Assembly (NCBI GenBank): GCA_050613775.1
Contig: JBODTK010000001.1
Location: forward strand, 1,674,001 to 1,738,000
From: Neocallimastix sp. 'constans'
Taxonomy: Eukaryota
DNA length: 64,000 nucleotides
Direction of reading: 5' to 3'
Under the pieces are notes generated by a model. It saw only the letters and a program-made list of their open reading frames with translations. It was not told the DNA's origin and ran no database searches. Positions 32,516 to 48,600 of this stretch are shown here, in pieces (position 1 is the first letter of the stretch; the number at the start of each line of letters is the position of its first letter). The position numbers and the translations under genes are program-made.

Positions 32516-34673
32516 TTTTATTATTCTCCATATATTTTTATTTAAAATTTGTATTTATTATATAATTAATTATACCGTATATATTTTTATAATAAACTTA
32601 TATTAATAATAAAATAATAAAATAATATTATGTCTTATATAAAATAAATATTAATTTTAACTTATTTTAAAAATATTAATAATAAAATTATTTACAATAA
32701 TATTTAAAATAATAAATGTTATATCTTTTTATATTCGTTATAAAATATTTTATATATTAATAATAGTATAATAAAAGTAGTTTAAATAATTCTTATCATC
32801 TAAAGTTCTATCGTTAATTTCTGTTAATTTCACATATTTTAGTGTATTTTGTATCATCCATTGATACAGAACATTTAAAATATTCCCTATCGAGTTACTT
32901 ATTTAGTTGGTCGTTTTTCTAAGGAATTATGACACAATAATATATTCTAATAAATTATATGAAAATAATTTAGAATAATAATGTTTTATAATAAAATTTT
33001 ATTCTTTATTTATTATTATTATTTTATTATTATATATAAAAATATTTATTATTATGTTAAAATAATTATTTAGTATCATATTTACATTAAACATATCTCT
33101 TAAACTATTAATTTCCTAATAACTTTATCTAAAAATATAATTTCATAATTAAATAACATATAACTATTAGTATTTAAAAATATATTTCCTAAATAAAATA
33201 TAATTATCAATATTTATAATAAAATTCCTAAAACTATATAATTCTCAAAATAATAGTTAAAATATAAAATAAAACTTATTAATAATAATGATGAATTAAT
33301 TTATTATAATAATAATAGAATCATTAATAATATAATTTATCTATTTTAATTATGATAAAAGAATTAACCGTACTTTTAAAAATAATTATTTAAATAACTA
33401 AATATATAAATTATTTTAATTATTATAACTAATAATATTTTTATACATTATTTCTAACCTAAATTTTTTACCTAAATCTTATTTTTATGGTGGTACCGTA
33501 TCATCCATTAATACGTGATATTTATTAAACATCAATATCAATATTTATTTTGTTTTATAAGGACGAAAACATTATGGAATAATTGACAAAATAATGTATT
33601 CTTTATTATTTAGAATAATATACACAATAATAATATTCACACTTTAATATTAAGTTTATTTACTTTTTTTATTTATTATCATTCATCAATAAAAATACAT
33701 TAATATAAAATATATATTAAATAGTTAAAATATAATAAATCATTCAATAAAATATAATTAATTACTAAAGTCTCTCAAATTATTAATGTAAACTAAATAT
33801 AAAACTACATTAAACTATACTAATAAACATGCTTATGAATTGAATTATTAATAAAACTAAATTAATATTAATAAAAGAACCGTTCTTTTAATTATTATTA
33901 TATACTAAGTATATATATTAATACTAAATTATTATTAACCAATAATATTTTCATTAAATGATTTCAAACCTAACTTTCACTAAATTATGGTATTTATAGT
34001 GTACCGTATCATTCATGATGTATGAACACTTGTATTTTCTAATCAATAATTTAATCTTATTAACTAAATAATTATTAATATATTTAACTTAAAAGGAAAC
34101 AATAAAAAAAAAAAAAAAAACAAATAATATTTTCTTTTAATCTCTTTTTTATTTAATTATTATTTTTAAATTAAGAATTATTGTTTTTGTAAAATATAAA
34201 TTTATTCCCTTTTTATAAAAGAAAGAAAATTGTCTTCCCTTTATATTACATGAATTTTTAATTATTAGTTACTATCTTATTATTATTATTAATATTGATT
34301 ATTATTATTATTATTGATTAATTATCATTTAATTCTAATATTATTATAATTTATTATTCTAATTATTACATTTTATTTATTCATCTATTATTTTAATATT
34401 GTTATTTTTATTATCAATTATTCTATTATTGTTTGTTTCATTTATACTAATATTTTAAATTAAAAATAAATTTATAATTTTTTATACAGAAAGTTTTAAT
34501 AATATATTATATTTCTGTATTTAACTGTTATATTATTTTATTTATTATTTATTATTTTACTATTCTATTTGATTTTTATATCTAAATTGTACAGAAAGAA
34601 ATATTTCGGTATTTGCCAGGATTTTATTTTGAGTCCAATGTAGGGAAAAGGAAATAATGTTGGCTGAGTAGTA

Positions 34674-36899
34674 TTTTTTTTTTTTTTTAGACTTAAAGAA
34701 AATTTTATTTAATTTATAATAATAATAAAATTACATGATTTAAATGAAAAATAAAAAAATAAAATACATGAAATAAAATATTATATATTATAAAATAATA
34801 AAAGTGCGTTAGAAGCAATAGCCTCTAACTTTTCCCATTCATCGATGATAAAACCACGTCCGTTATTGCGAGTAATAACTTCAGTATTAGTGTTATCAAT
34901 CGAATCTGTATCAAATCATCTAGAAAAGGTAAAGATTTATTTCTATAATTTTCCAATTCTTTACAGGCAAAGATCCAGTGAGAAAAGCTAGGTACACTAA
35001 CACCACAACAAGGGCAACATTTAGGGCAATCTTCTGAGACGATTTTTCTTTTAATGGAAATATTAATGTCAAATTTAAAACCACACCTAATTCTAGAAAT
35101 CCAAAAGAATCCCAACTGAAACTTAGGATATTGAAATGTTAAGTTTCTGATTTCTGAAATAAATCCAAAATCATTCTCCTTGTAAATTATTGCTTTTTGG
35201 CTTTTGAGGGTTTGAAGACATCTCTTTCTCAATAAAACTTTTTTATTTCACTTGTTTTTTTACCATTTAATTTCTTATCCAAAGTCCTTGATTCTTTAGT
35301 CCATGAGTAATGTGACATAGTAGGAATATTATTAGTGAGATGATTAATAATACATGATGAATTTTTCCATTTTCTAAAGCATCGTAATTGAGATATAGCA
35401 CAGACAGCTGAAAGAGGAGGTATTCTCAATTCACGAGTAATATTATAGAGACTAACAGAAGAATTGCGAGATTTAAATCCATAACTCCAATAAAGTCCTC
35501 TATTAATAATTTTTTGAGCTTTAGAACATCTGCTCTTATTTGAACCAAAGAGAGGAACATAATATATAACAAGATTAAGAATAAACGAAATTAAAACATA
35601 TTTCTTCAATGGGAGAGGAATAGATTTATTAATAAGAAATCGAAAGTACAAATTTAACTTGACATTTAAATTACTGTTTAATTTGGATTGTATAGGTTTC
35701 AATGATAAAGATTCATCAAAAGGAATACCAAAATAAGTATAGTTGTCAGTTATAGTTGTCAGTTTTAGGTAATTTGTTACTACCAATAAAGAAAGATGGT
35801 TCTTCGTAATTTATGGGTTTAACAAAGTAAATCGGTTTTACAACAAGAGTAGAACACTTAATAATTCCGAAAGTCATTTCATTTTTAATAGCTCATTCAT
35901 GAACTTTATTCAAAATTTTCTTAAGAGCTTGTTTAGATGGAGCAACTAAAACAATATCATCTGCAAAAAGTCCACCACAACAATATTGATATTATAAATA
36001 TATACCATACTTATCACAATTATCCAGTACATCATTAATGAACAAATTGAATACAATAGGAGATAGAGAGCATCCTTGTCTAACACCCCGATTAATCGAA
36101 AATTCTTCTGAGAGATTACCATTAAAAAAAGCACGAGCTTTAGAGGATAAATAAAGATTCTTTAAAAACAGATGACATTTACCCCTAATTCCTAAGTTAT
36201 ATAATTTGGTCAAAATATTAAAGATAGGTACAGAATCATAGGCTTTTTTAAGGTCGAGAAAAGCAAGATAAGTAAAATTTCCTTGAAATTTTCTTCTTTA
36301 ACATATTTCTCTAATTGAAATATATGAACTTATGCATTCTTCTTTATTTCTAAATCCAAATTGTTCAGGTCTAAGGAATTTATGTTCTAAGGCATTTTTA
36401 GCAATTCTATTAGTAACAATCTTTGAAATAATTTTTAAACCAACATTAATAAAAGAAATACCATGATAATTATTACAATCCGAAAGATCTCCTTTTTTTG
36501 GAATTGATATTATAGAAGCCGAATTCCACTCTTCAGGGAAATCACCATCCCAGATTTTGTTAAATAATGAAAGTAAACATTTAGCACACATAGAGTAGTG
36601 ATCATCTGAAGAATCATCTTGATTATCGGATAAATCAGATTTACTAAAGAAGGCTTTAAAAAATTCAATCGGAATACCATCGGGTCCAGGAGCTTTATTA
36701 TTTTTCATATCAAAACACAGTGTTTTGAATTTCTTCCATAGTAATAGGATCATTAATATCCCAAGTAGGATTATTATTAGGATTAATTCCAAATAAATTT
36801 ACCCAGTATTCATTATCCAGACTATGTTCAGTAACATCAAAAGCTAGTTCACTATAATGTTTAGCAAATCGATTCAATATTCAATTGATCCGAATGAGA
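34674..36899 (-). mobile_element. Decayed 5'-truncated family B LINE on the minus strand, with an internal deletion
   Basis: Poly(T) at 34674-34688; fragmented ORFs near-identical to B; possible short TSD AGTAGTA (34667-34673 and 36905-36911). Confidence 0.92.
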
Positions 36900-38126
36900 C
36901 ATTAAGTAGTAAAGATACTAAAATATTTATTATTGGACTTTAATAATAGTTATGAATTTAATAAAATATTAATAGCTATTATAAGAGTATTAATAAGAAA
37001 ATTAATAAAGTTTTTATTATAAAAAAATATTAATAAAGTATTTATTATAAAATGTTATAAATAAATATTTATTATATAATATTAATAAAAACATAAAGTA
37101 TATTATTATAAAGTTCTAGAATTTATAAATAAAAGATTTAAAAAAAAAAAAATTATTTAAAATATTAATAAAAGAATATTTATTACAAAATATATTAATA
37201 AAATATATTAATAAAATTTATTATAATAAAATATATTATAAAGTTAATAAATTTTATTATAAGAATATTTATTATAAATTAATAAAAATATATTAATAAA
37301 GATTTATTATAAGAATATTTATTATAACTCATCCAATAATACAAATTAAACGATAGTAACCTTTTTATTTTCTTATGTTCTTAATTTAGTACTATAATTA
37401 AAAAATTTTTGAAAATTTTGAATATTTACAAAAAAAAAAAAAAAAAAAAAAAAAAAATTCATATAATAAATAAAAAATATATATGAAGAAAAAAATAACT
37501 AAAATAAAATAAAAGAAAAAAAAAAAAAAAATGAAGATAGTGAAGTCAGTCATAATTCACTACTCTCCTAATTTTAACTCTTTTCTAATGTATAGATTCT
37601 ATTAATTCCAAATTATTATTTTTTTTTCTTGAAATATTAAATAAGAGTAATGGTTTCTTATAGAAAAGAACAGAAAGCATGATAAATGTTGTTATATTAT
37701 TAATAGTATCAGATTCAATGAACTTCTTGTAAAATTAGCCAGAAGTGGAATTTTAATAGAATGGAACTCAGTGACTAGTAAGAATGAACATCTACACGAT
37801 AAAAAAAAAAAAAAAAAAAGATTATTTTCATCAACTAAAGATTACTTTAATCAATTCCGATTAATCTATTAAAGATCTTAATAACATATATCCATCATAT
37901 AAAATTTACTTTATATTGATACATTCACTAATATGAAGTGCTTTAACATCATTTTGATATAATTAATTAATAGAATTCTTTTAAATGTAAAGTTTGTTCC
38001 TTACAACCATGAATTAAAACTTTTTATTCAAAATTATTTTAAATTAAAAAGTATTAATAACTATTGAATTTCTATATAAAGATTATTAAAATATTTTTTA
38101 TCTAATTCATTTCCAATCTATCATAT

Positions 38127-38162
<36 letters not shown>

Positions 38163-38498
38163 AAGCAACTTATTGTAAAATTTTAAAATAAATTGCAATC
38201 ACCTTATTTGATAATTATATAATAGTATTGTTAATGGACTTTCCATCACAAAGACCCTCAAGATCAATAAAATAAACCTTACATTTAATTGATATATTTT
38301 CTGTATGACTTATATATTTTGATGGTATTAACATTTCTGTTTCTCTTTTTGGTTTATTAGTTTTCATTAAATCAATTTTCTGTCTTTTTTTTTTTTTTTT
38401 GAATTTTAATATATTTATTAAAATATAACAAGAACAAAAATAAATTATTTTTATTATATGAATTCTTTTAATAGAAGAATAATTTTTATATATAATAT

Positions 38499-38545
<47 letters not shown>

Positions 38546-38907
38546 ATATTTTATTTCTTTATCATTTTATTTAACAGAATTTTCACTCACTACAGATTTA
38601 AAATTAGTCATAATCATATTCTTTTATACATTTTATAAAATTGATTCACGTAGTGTATATTAGTCATATGAACCACATTATTTGTTTCTTTGATATATAT
38701 AAATTAAATTGTATATTTAATATTTATTATTTCCCAATGAAAGTTAAGAGCTGAATATATTTGTTTAGTTTTTTTCTGCTGTCAAGCTAATTAGGAATAT
38801 AAACCTATTTGGGATTAACTAAAAGAAAAATTTGCTATTGAAAGTCTACACTATAACAAGTTCCATTGTTGATTAAGCATAAATCATCTGACAATGAATT
38901 ACATTTA

Positions 38908-38940
<33 letters not shown>

Positions 38941-41856
38941 CATGGATTCAAAAGTTCAGAATTTATTATTTCCCAATGAAAGCTAAGAACTAAATATAAA
39001 CATTATTATTAGTTTTATCATATATCATATAATGAAATAATTGCTAATAAAAGAGTAATTAAAATAAGTTAAAATATAAATTATTAAATATTTTTAATTT
39101 TCCTTTTTAAAAAAATATACAAATATATATATTGATAGAAATTATAGGTAAAAAATATCTAATCATCTTAAAAATCGAAATTTAATATATATAACATAGT
39201 AAAATTGTTATTAAATTAAAATACTATTTAATACATAGAATACTAAATTTATGAATTTTATTTGAATATTAAAATTTTAATTTAAGATAGTAATCTTTAT
39301 TTTAATATAGATTTAATTTAATATATATATATTTTTTTCTTAATTTAATTTACTTATATTTTTTTATATTTTTATTTTTTAATAATTTTACTTTTATTAT
39401 GAAATTGGAGTTCTTCAATTGTATTTAATGTTTAAAATAAAGTATACTGTAACAACAATTCAAAAATTCAAAAATATTTATTAATACTATTTTATATTTT
39501 TAAGTTTAATATTAATATTAATTATGATAATACTTTTCAAGGTAAAAAAGTCTCATTCAAGAGAAGTTTCAAAATTCAGAACAATTGTATTTTTTGAAAT
39601 GAAATAGTAATACATATTTAATATCAACTAATGTAAATATTAATATGACAAATATAAAATTATTTAATATATTAAAAAAATTGATAGTTTAATAATATTA
39701 TATATATAATTACATATAATAAAGTATAATAGACTTTTTCAAAATTAAATTTCTTTTTCCCTTGAGAAAAAAAGTTAAAATTATATAGAATATTCAGTTT
39801 TTAATCTCACATGAAAAATATATATATAATATATCAATATGTATTATAATATATTATAATATATATTATTAGAATATAAAAATATATAAAAATGGAAATG
39901 AACCGTTAAATAAAAATAACATTTTAATTTTTTATTTATTTATTTTAATTAAAAGATAAATACTAAAATATATTAAAAATAAAAAAAATACAAATGATAA
40001 AAATTTAATTATTATGAAAAAGGTTTTAAAAAAACTAAAAAAAAGAACTTTATTTATAATTATTTTAAAATTGAAAATAACACTAATAATTATAATTATA
40101 ATATATAATATATAATAGAAATTTTAAATTGAATAGTTGTATTATTTAAATTATTAAAAAAAAAGTATAATAAATAGTAAATTAATTGGATAATTAATAA
40201 TGATAAATAATGATAAATATTCAATTATATACAAAAAAAAAAAGAAAAAAAAATCATTAGCTTTAATTAAAATTTTCATATAATATAGTTTGTTTATTTT
40301 TTATCTAAAAATTAATTAAATCAACTTAATACCTAAAAAGCTCAAACGAAAAAAATTTTAACCGCACATGTGTAACATGAGATAATTTATGATAACAGTT
40401 ATAAATATATTAATAAATAATTAAAAGTATAAAAAATTTTAATTATAAAGAATTGTTATTATATTTTTATTTTTTTTTTTATTTTACCATTTTATAATAA
40501 AAACAATAGAAAATACATAATTTTAATTCTTTTACTATTATTATTTAATTAAAAAAGAAATATTTTTTATTTATCATCATGAAAATGTTTTATAATGCTT
40601 ATATAATGTGGGACATAATTTACTTTTTAATAACTAATCCAATGATAGCTAATTTAAATTTTAAATTAACGAATTTACAAACTTTAATCTTAAACATATT
40701 TCAATTAAACCTTTGAAAATAGGTATACTTGCTGGGAAATTTTGTAACCTTAACCAATGATAATAATTACAGGAATAAACAGTTATACTTTTGCTATCTT
40801 TAGCTATTAATTCTGTTATATATTTGAAAAATCATAAAACGTTTTTTTAAAAAAAATAACCCATTTGTTAATTATGAATAGCATGTCATTTAATAATAAT
40901 AAATAATAATAAAATTTTAATAACTTTAATAATTTTTTAAATAGTTTTAAAATAGTTTTTATAATTATATTTTTATAATATTTTATTACAATATCATCTT
41001 TATTATTTAAGAATAAGTACTTTTTATTTTTTTAATTTTTATATAATTGTTAATATTATATAATAAAATATATTAATTATAATACAGTTTAATATAGAAT
41101 AATAATTATATTTATAAATTTAATATATTTAATATAATATAATAGTTAAAATTTTATTAATAAGGTGAATTAACATATATTTTTAATAATTAAATTATTT
41201 ATTATTCACTTATCATTTATTTATTTTATTTATTATTTATTATTTATTTATTATTTATTAATTTATTTATTACTTATTATTTATTAATTAATTATTTATT
41301 TATTATTTATTTACTTATTTACTTATTTATTATTTATTTTTTTTATTAGTTATTAATTTATTTATTTATTTTAAATTATAATTTCTTATTTCCTATTATT
41401 ATTCAATCTTTTTAAAATTTTTATTTTATTTTATTATTTATTGTTTTATATATTAAATTCTAATATCCACTTTAATATTAAATAAAACTTTAATAAATAA
41501 CATTTAATATATAATAATAGTATATAATATTAATATTTTAGTACAATATATTACAAATAAAAAAATAAAACAATAGAAAGTTATTTTACAAAAAAAAAAA
41601 AAAAAAAAAAATAATATAAATAAAAGGTTAAAGTTCAATTTTTTTTTTATAATTTTTTTATTTTCAATATTAAAGTTATATTATTAATTGTTTGTATATA
41701 GTATTTTAAAATTTGTAAATTACTTTATAATATTTTTTTTAGATTGTAAATCTGATTTCGAAATTTGATAATATACTGATTATATCTATAGAAATAGGTT
41801 AAATATATTGTGGAAAATATATAAAATATATTTGAAAAATTTAAATAATAAACAAA

Positions 41857-44800
41857 ATGAAAACATTAGCTTTAACTCTTATAGGGTTAATTTTATTATG
41901 CATTCCAGCATGTTTTTCTGTTGAATATAACTGGTATAACACTAAAGTATGGAAAAGAAAATTAAAATATGGATAAAATGATTAATTAAAATAATAATTA
42001 AAATAATCATTTAAATTATAAATAAATAAATAATACTATTATTTTAAATGTTAAAAATATATCATTTTTATTAATATAATTATTTATATTATTAATAATT
42101 AATAATATATAGATTGGTGGTGGTGGTTTCGTCACCAATTTAATTTACAATCCAGGAGGTAAGAAAAAAATTAGCAAATCTAACAATATAAATATAAATA
42201 TTGAAATATTGAATTAGTTAATGCTTTTTAAAATAATACATCATATATGCATATAAATAAAATAATTTATTAATTGAATATTATTAATAATAATAAAATT
42301 TTGTATTATTTATATGATTAATATATATGATGAAATAATAAATTAAAATATCAATAAAATTTTAAATATTGATACATATTTCAATAATAATGATTTTAAT
42401 GGCGGTATAATAATAAAAAAAATAAATATATTAAATGAATATTAAAAAAAAATAGAGGAAGGATTATTATATTTAAGAACTGATATGGGTGGTTCTTACC
42501 GTTATGATCAAACAAACAAATCATGGATTCCAATTCAAGATGTTTTTGGTGGTAGTGAATGGTGGTTATTCGGTTGTGAAAGTTTAGGTGTTGATACTAA
42601 AGAACCAAATCGTGTATATATTGCAGCTGGTACTTACATGAGTTATGGTGAAAATGGTGCAATTATTAGTTCAGATGATTATGGTAAGACTTGGAAACAT
42701 CGTTGGGATGCCCCATTCCACTTTGGTGCTAATGATGATGGTCGTGGTCGTGGTGAAAGACTTGCTGTCAACCCAGTTGATAATAACATCATTTTCTTCG
42801 GTACAAGAAAGAATGGTTTATACAAGTCTACTAACTATGGTGAATCCTTCGAACCAGTTAAAGGTTTTCCAGCTGACCATGATATACCATTTATTCTTTT
42901 CGTTCCAGGTTCTAAGGGTAAAACTGTAATTGTTGCTACAGATGATACTAAGGCTCCATTATACATCAGTAAGGATGGAGGTTCCTCCTTTGATAAAATT
43001 AGTGGTCAACCAAATATTGGTTACTTCCCACAACATGGTGCTTTCAGTGCTGATGGTAAATACTTATACGTTACTTATGCTAATTCTATTGGTCCAAATG
43101 GAGCTACTCAAGGTGATGTTTACCGTATTAGTCTTCCAGATTTCACTTTTAAGGAAATTACTCCAGTTCACGGTTCATACGAAACTCAGCAATTTGGTTA
43201 CACTGGTGTTCAAACCAGTGGTACTAACGCAGGAGTTGTTATTGTTTCAACCTTAAACTTATGGTGGCCAAGTGATGAAGTTTACATGAGTACTGATTAT
43301 GGTGAGACTTGGTCAGAAGGTGTTGCTAGTCATGCTGAATTAGATATTAGTGAATACCCATGGCTTGATTTCGGTAAGGAAGATAACTTAAAGTTCGGTT
43401 GGTGGATTGCTGCCTTAGCTATGGATCCATTCAATGATGATAATGTTTCCTACGGTACTGGTGCTACTGTTTACACTACAACCGAATTCACTAAAGCTAT
43501 GAAGAATGAATCAACTCACTGGGCTCCAAATGTTGTCGGTTTTGAAGAAACAGCCATTAATGATATTGAAGCTCCACCATCTGGTCCAGGAATTCCAAAA
43601 CTTTTGACTGCTTTAGGTGATCTTGGTGGTTTTACTCAAGATGATATTAATGAAGCCGTAGAAATGTGGGTCAATCCAACTTACACCACTGGTAACTCTG
43701 TTGAATATGCTGTCTCTAACCCTAAGATTGTTGTCTCTTGTGGTACTGATAATGCTGCTTACTCTACTGATGGTGGTTACACCTGGACTCCAATGAAGAC
43801 TTTACCATATGAAAAGGCTACTGGTGGTCATATTACTATTTCTGGTGACGGTAAGGTTGTTACCTGGATTCCAAATCAATCTCAAATTCCATACTACACT
43901 ACTGATAATGGTGCCACCTGGACTGCTGTTGATACTTGTAAGAATTGTAACCAAGTTCGTCCAGATGGTAAGAATCCAAAATTAATGTACGGTTTCGATT
44001 ACCAAACCTTATACATTAGTGAAGATGGTGGTAAGACTTATACTAAGCAAGGAGGAAATATGGGAGCTGGTCAATTAATGTCACCATACAATGTAGAAGG
44101 TCACTTATGGTTAGCTTGTACCTACTGGGGAGGTGTTCAATTCTCATCTGATATGGGTAAGACCTTTAAGGAAGTTGATCCAAAATTCAAATCTGCTGAT
44201 TCTGTTGGTTTTGGTAAGGCTGCTCCAGGATCTGATGCTCCATACACTGTTTATATTGTTGGTAAATATGATGATTACTATGGTGTCTACCGTTCCACTG
44301 ATCTTGGTAGCACATGGGAATTACTTAATGATGATTCTCATCAATGGGGTGTTTACAATAGTAAGGTTATTGGTGATCCAGATATTTTCGGTCGTGTTTA
44401 CATTGCTACCAACGGTAGAGGTGTTGTTGTTGGTGATGATACTAGTGTTGTTAGTGATGGAGGCCATAGTTCTGGAAGTAAAAGTAGTAGTAACAATAGT
44501 AAGAAAAACAATAACTCTAAGTCTAAAATTCCAACTAATACTCCATCTTCAAGTAAATGTTTCTCAGAACCAGATTTCCCATGTTGTACTTCCACTACAG
44601 AAGTTGTTGAAGTCGATGAAAATGGAGAATGGGGAATTGAAAATGGAAACTGGTGTGGTATTAGATCTGTATCAAACTCTTCAGCTAAAGGAGCTGATGA
44701 ATGTTTTTCTAATGGTTTAGGTTATCCATGTTGTAACTCTTGTGATATTATTTACATTGATGAAAGTGGTAACTGGGGTGTTGAAAATGGAGATTGGTGT

Positions 44801-45086
44801 GGTATTAAGGATACTTGTGATCCATCTTCTGCTACTGTTAGATGTCCAGGTGAAAATTTAGGGTAAGTAGTATAAAAAAATTATTAAAAATATTATTATT
44901 ATTATTATTAAATACTAATAATAATTTTTTTTTATATATTATTAATGATAATATTTATAATAATTAAATAAAAAAAAAAATAGTTATAATTGTTGTAGTT
45001 CTTGTATAGAACCATATGAAGAAGATGAAAATGGAAAATGGGCTGTTGTAGATGAAAGCTGGTGTTCTCTTCCATATTATTGTTAA
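41857..45086 (+). CDS. GH74 xyloglucanase/endoglucanase with three fungal dockerin (CBM10-like) domains; exons 41857-41946, 42113-42158, 42456-44862, 44984-45086
   Basis: Spliced product: signal peptide, YNWYNTK-IGGGGFV, catalytic motifs RTDMGG and GDLGG, BNR/Asp-box repeats (SxDxGxTW), Ser/Asn linker, and three YPCC..D..G.WG.ENG.WC-type dockerins, the last split by an intron. Confidence 0.93.
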
Positions 45087-45639
45087 GAGAAAATTTCCTC
45101 TAAATTGGAAATAAAATAATAAAATTTAGAAAATTTATCATTACTTTTTAAATAGTCATAATAATTATTATTATTTTTTTATTATTATTTTTTTTATAAT
45201 TATTAAAATATTTATTTTTATTTATTGAGATAATATTAATATTTATATAATATTTATTATATTATTGAAATAGGTAATATCTAATCTCAATAATAAATAC
45301 TAGTAAAATATATATTTTATAAATATAATAAAAATATTTATATTTTATATAAGATAATTATAAAATATTTTAAAAATTTTAAATGTAATAATTTATTTTT
45401 TAATATATATTCAATAATTAGAAGATATAATGATAATATAATGTATATAAATAAACAAAGATTATTTTTTTTAAAAAAAAAAATAATAAATAAATATCTT
45501 TTTTAACATTTTAATTAAAATGAACTATATATATATATATAATCATTTTATTATTTGAAATACGAATTTATATATAAAGATAATAATAATTTTAATAAAT
45601 CTATGTTTTTTATTTTTTTCTTATTATATTATTTTATTA

Positions 45640-45670
<31 letters not shown>

Positions 45671-48600
45671 TAATTTTTATTTTTCATATTAGTGAATTAT
45701 TATTTATATATATTCATTATAATAAATGAAAAGAGAAAAATAATAGCACGAAGTCAATTCTATATTCACTTATGATTATTATAGTATATTTTATTCTTTT
45801 TATTTTTTATTTTTTTTTTTTATTTATTTATTTATATATATTTTATTTTATTCTTTTTATTTTTTATTTTTATTATTTTTTTTTTATTTATTTATATATT
45901 TTATTTTATTTATCTTTTTTTAAACTATTTATGTCTTTGAGCAAATGAATATTTATCTAACAATTTATCCTTTTACTTAAATATAATTTCATATATATCT
46001 TTTTAAGATATAATATATACTATTAAATATTTAAAAATGTTTTATAATAATAACATTTAATAATTTATCCTGTATTTAATGGATCGATAATATGATTGGT
46101 ATTCATATTAGAAATATGACTTTTCATAACTAATATTAATAATACCAATATAGACAGTTTCCATTTTAAGTTCAAAACCTTTTTGAAATTGTGATAGATC
46201 TTAATTTGCTCCATCTTTGATAATAGCCTTGAAATATGGAGAAAATTTATGATTAAGAATTAAGAAGTAGAAATTATTTCTCTTACTCTTATCTTACTCA
46301 TAAGATGATCTGGTCATTGAGCTTCGTAATAATTATCTACATAATGCATCTAAAGAATGAATTTTTTTTTTTTTTTTCATTATTTTGGTATAAATATTAA
46401 TATAGAAACTCTAATTACAATTAATTAAAGCTAATTTCAAATCTTTAAAAAAAAAATAAAATAAAATCATCTCATTTCTTTATTTAAAAGGTATTGTTAA
46501 AAAAAAAAATAGTCATTAATCTTTTTTTTTTTTTCTTTCTTCTTCAGTCTTTAACAGTACAAAAATAAATAAATAATAAATTATATTTAGATTAATACTT
46601 GAGATAGAGCTTTTCATTTTTTTAATAAGCTAGTTTTTTTTTTTTTTTTTTTTTTTTTCTTTCATTTGATATTAAAAAGAACAAAAATAAAATAAAAAAT
46701 AAAAAATAAAATAACATAAAATAAACCTTACATATGATTTTATTTATGAATATTAACTTTTTGTTTAAGTATTTGTTTTTATAATTTTTTTATATTCACA
46801 TTTTATTATTATATATAATCAATAGTTTTTCTTATTCTTAGAATATTCAGCTTATGGAATTCATTTGATTTTTATATACAATTTAATTAAAATTATTAAA
46901 TTTTTATTAACGTATTTGTTCTTGTATATATATATATATTTATTTTGTTCCGTTTTATTTATATTAAATGTCTCTATTAAAAAATTATAAACAACCAATA
47001 TTTATATAGCATTGATTTGAAACTTTTTTTTTATTATTCTTTTAATATACTATTTTAAAATATATCTTTACAATAATACCTATTTCTAATTTATTTTCTT
47101 TATGATAAAAAATTAATATTATTATATTATTATATACATTATTGATATTTATTTAATATATATCACATCATTGAATTATATAAAACATATATGGTTGAGC
47201 AATTGCCATGTTTTTAGAGTATTTAAAAACCCGTCACCATCTAAATCTCTAATAATAAGAAACTAAAAAGCAATGGAAATATTTATAAATATAGTAAAAT
47301 TATATATGCCGTATATTTATAATATTAATATTTATTTATTTATTTTAACCTTTAAAAGGAAAACATTTAAATTACATATAATATGCTTATATTTTTAATA
47401 TATTATTGAGAAATATATCCATATAAGAATTGATATAAATACTTACTTATCTTTTATTAGTAAAATACAGAAATACAGAGATAAAAATCGGAAAAAAAAG
47501 ATAATAATATATATATAAATTAAATAATACAATAATGATAAATCAATTATTATTAAATTTTTTTATTTAAATTAATTAGACATAAATAAAATAAAAAAAA
47601 TTTTTATATCATTAATATATATATATATATTTTCTTTTAATTATATAAAAAACATTTATAATTTTATATAGTTAAATATATTTATTATTTAGTATCTTTT
47701 ATTTTTTTAATTCTTTTTCTTTTTTTTTTTTTTTTTTTTTATCTATTAATTATTATCACTAAATTAAAGTTCATAATTTATACTAAAAATTCATATTAAA
47801 AATAAAAAAATGAAATGAAATGAAATGAAACCATATAATTATACCATTAATGGTTATATTAAAAAAAAATTAAATTAAAAAAAAAATAATATTAATAATA
47901 TTAATATTAATAGTAATGTAAAAAATATTACTTTTATACTTTATCATTTATTAAACTTTTTATTTCTTATAAATAGTTTTATATGTTAGATATATATGAA
48001 AATAAAAATATATATATCTGGCTTTTTTTTTTTTTGTTATCATAAAATAATATAAGATGTTAAAAAAGAAAAAGGTAAATTTTTTATACTTTAAAATTGT
48101 ATATAAAAAGAAATTGACAGATATAAAAGCAATTAATTTTATATATTTGATTTACATTTATTTTTATTATTAAAAAAAATTATATATAGCTTTTAATTTA
48201 ATTAAATTTATTAAAATATTAAAATTTTATAAAATTCGCTTTTTTTTTTTTTTTTTTATTATTATTTTTAAATTGAATATATCAATAATTATTAATGTGT
48301 ATATTAAGTATTAAATAATTTTTCTCTTCTATTTATAAACTTTTTAAATTTACATTAATTTTTTTAAATTTTAATTGAAAATTAAATATTAATTAAATAG
48401 TAGAAATTTATTTAATTTTTAAAGAAAAATATTTTCTTTTAAATTATTAGTAATATTCTACCATTTTATTATATTAATATTATTATAATTACTTTTATAT
48501 TATTAGATTTGTTACTGTTATTATTTCGATTTTTTTTAAAAAAAATAAACAATATTAATATGATAATAAACCTTAATTAAATCAATTTCAATTATTTTTT

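Noticed and set aside
37550..38390. Minus-strand IDLEGLCDG as a GTPase pseudogene
   Set aside because: A single short motif with no P-loop or sustained frame found.
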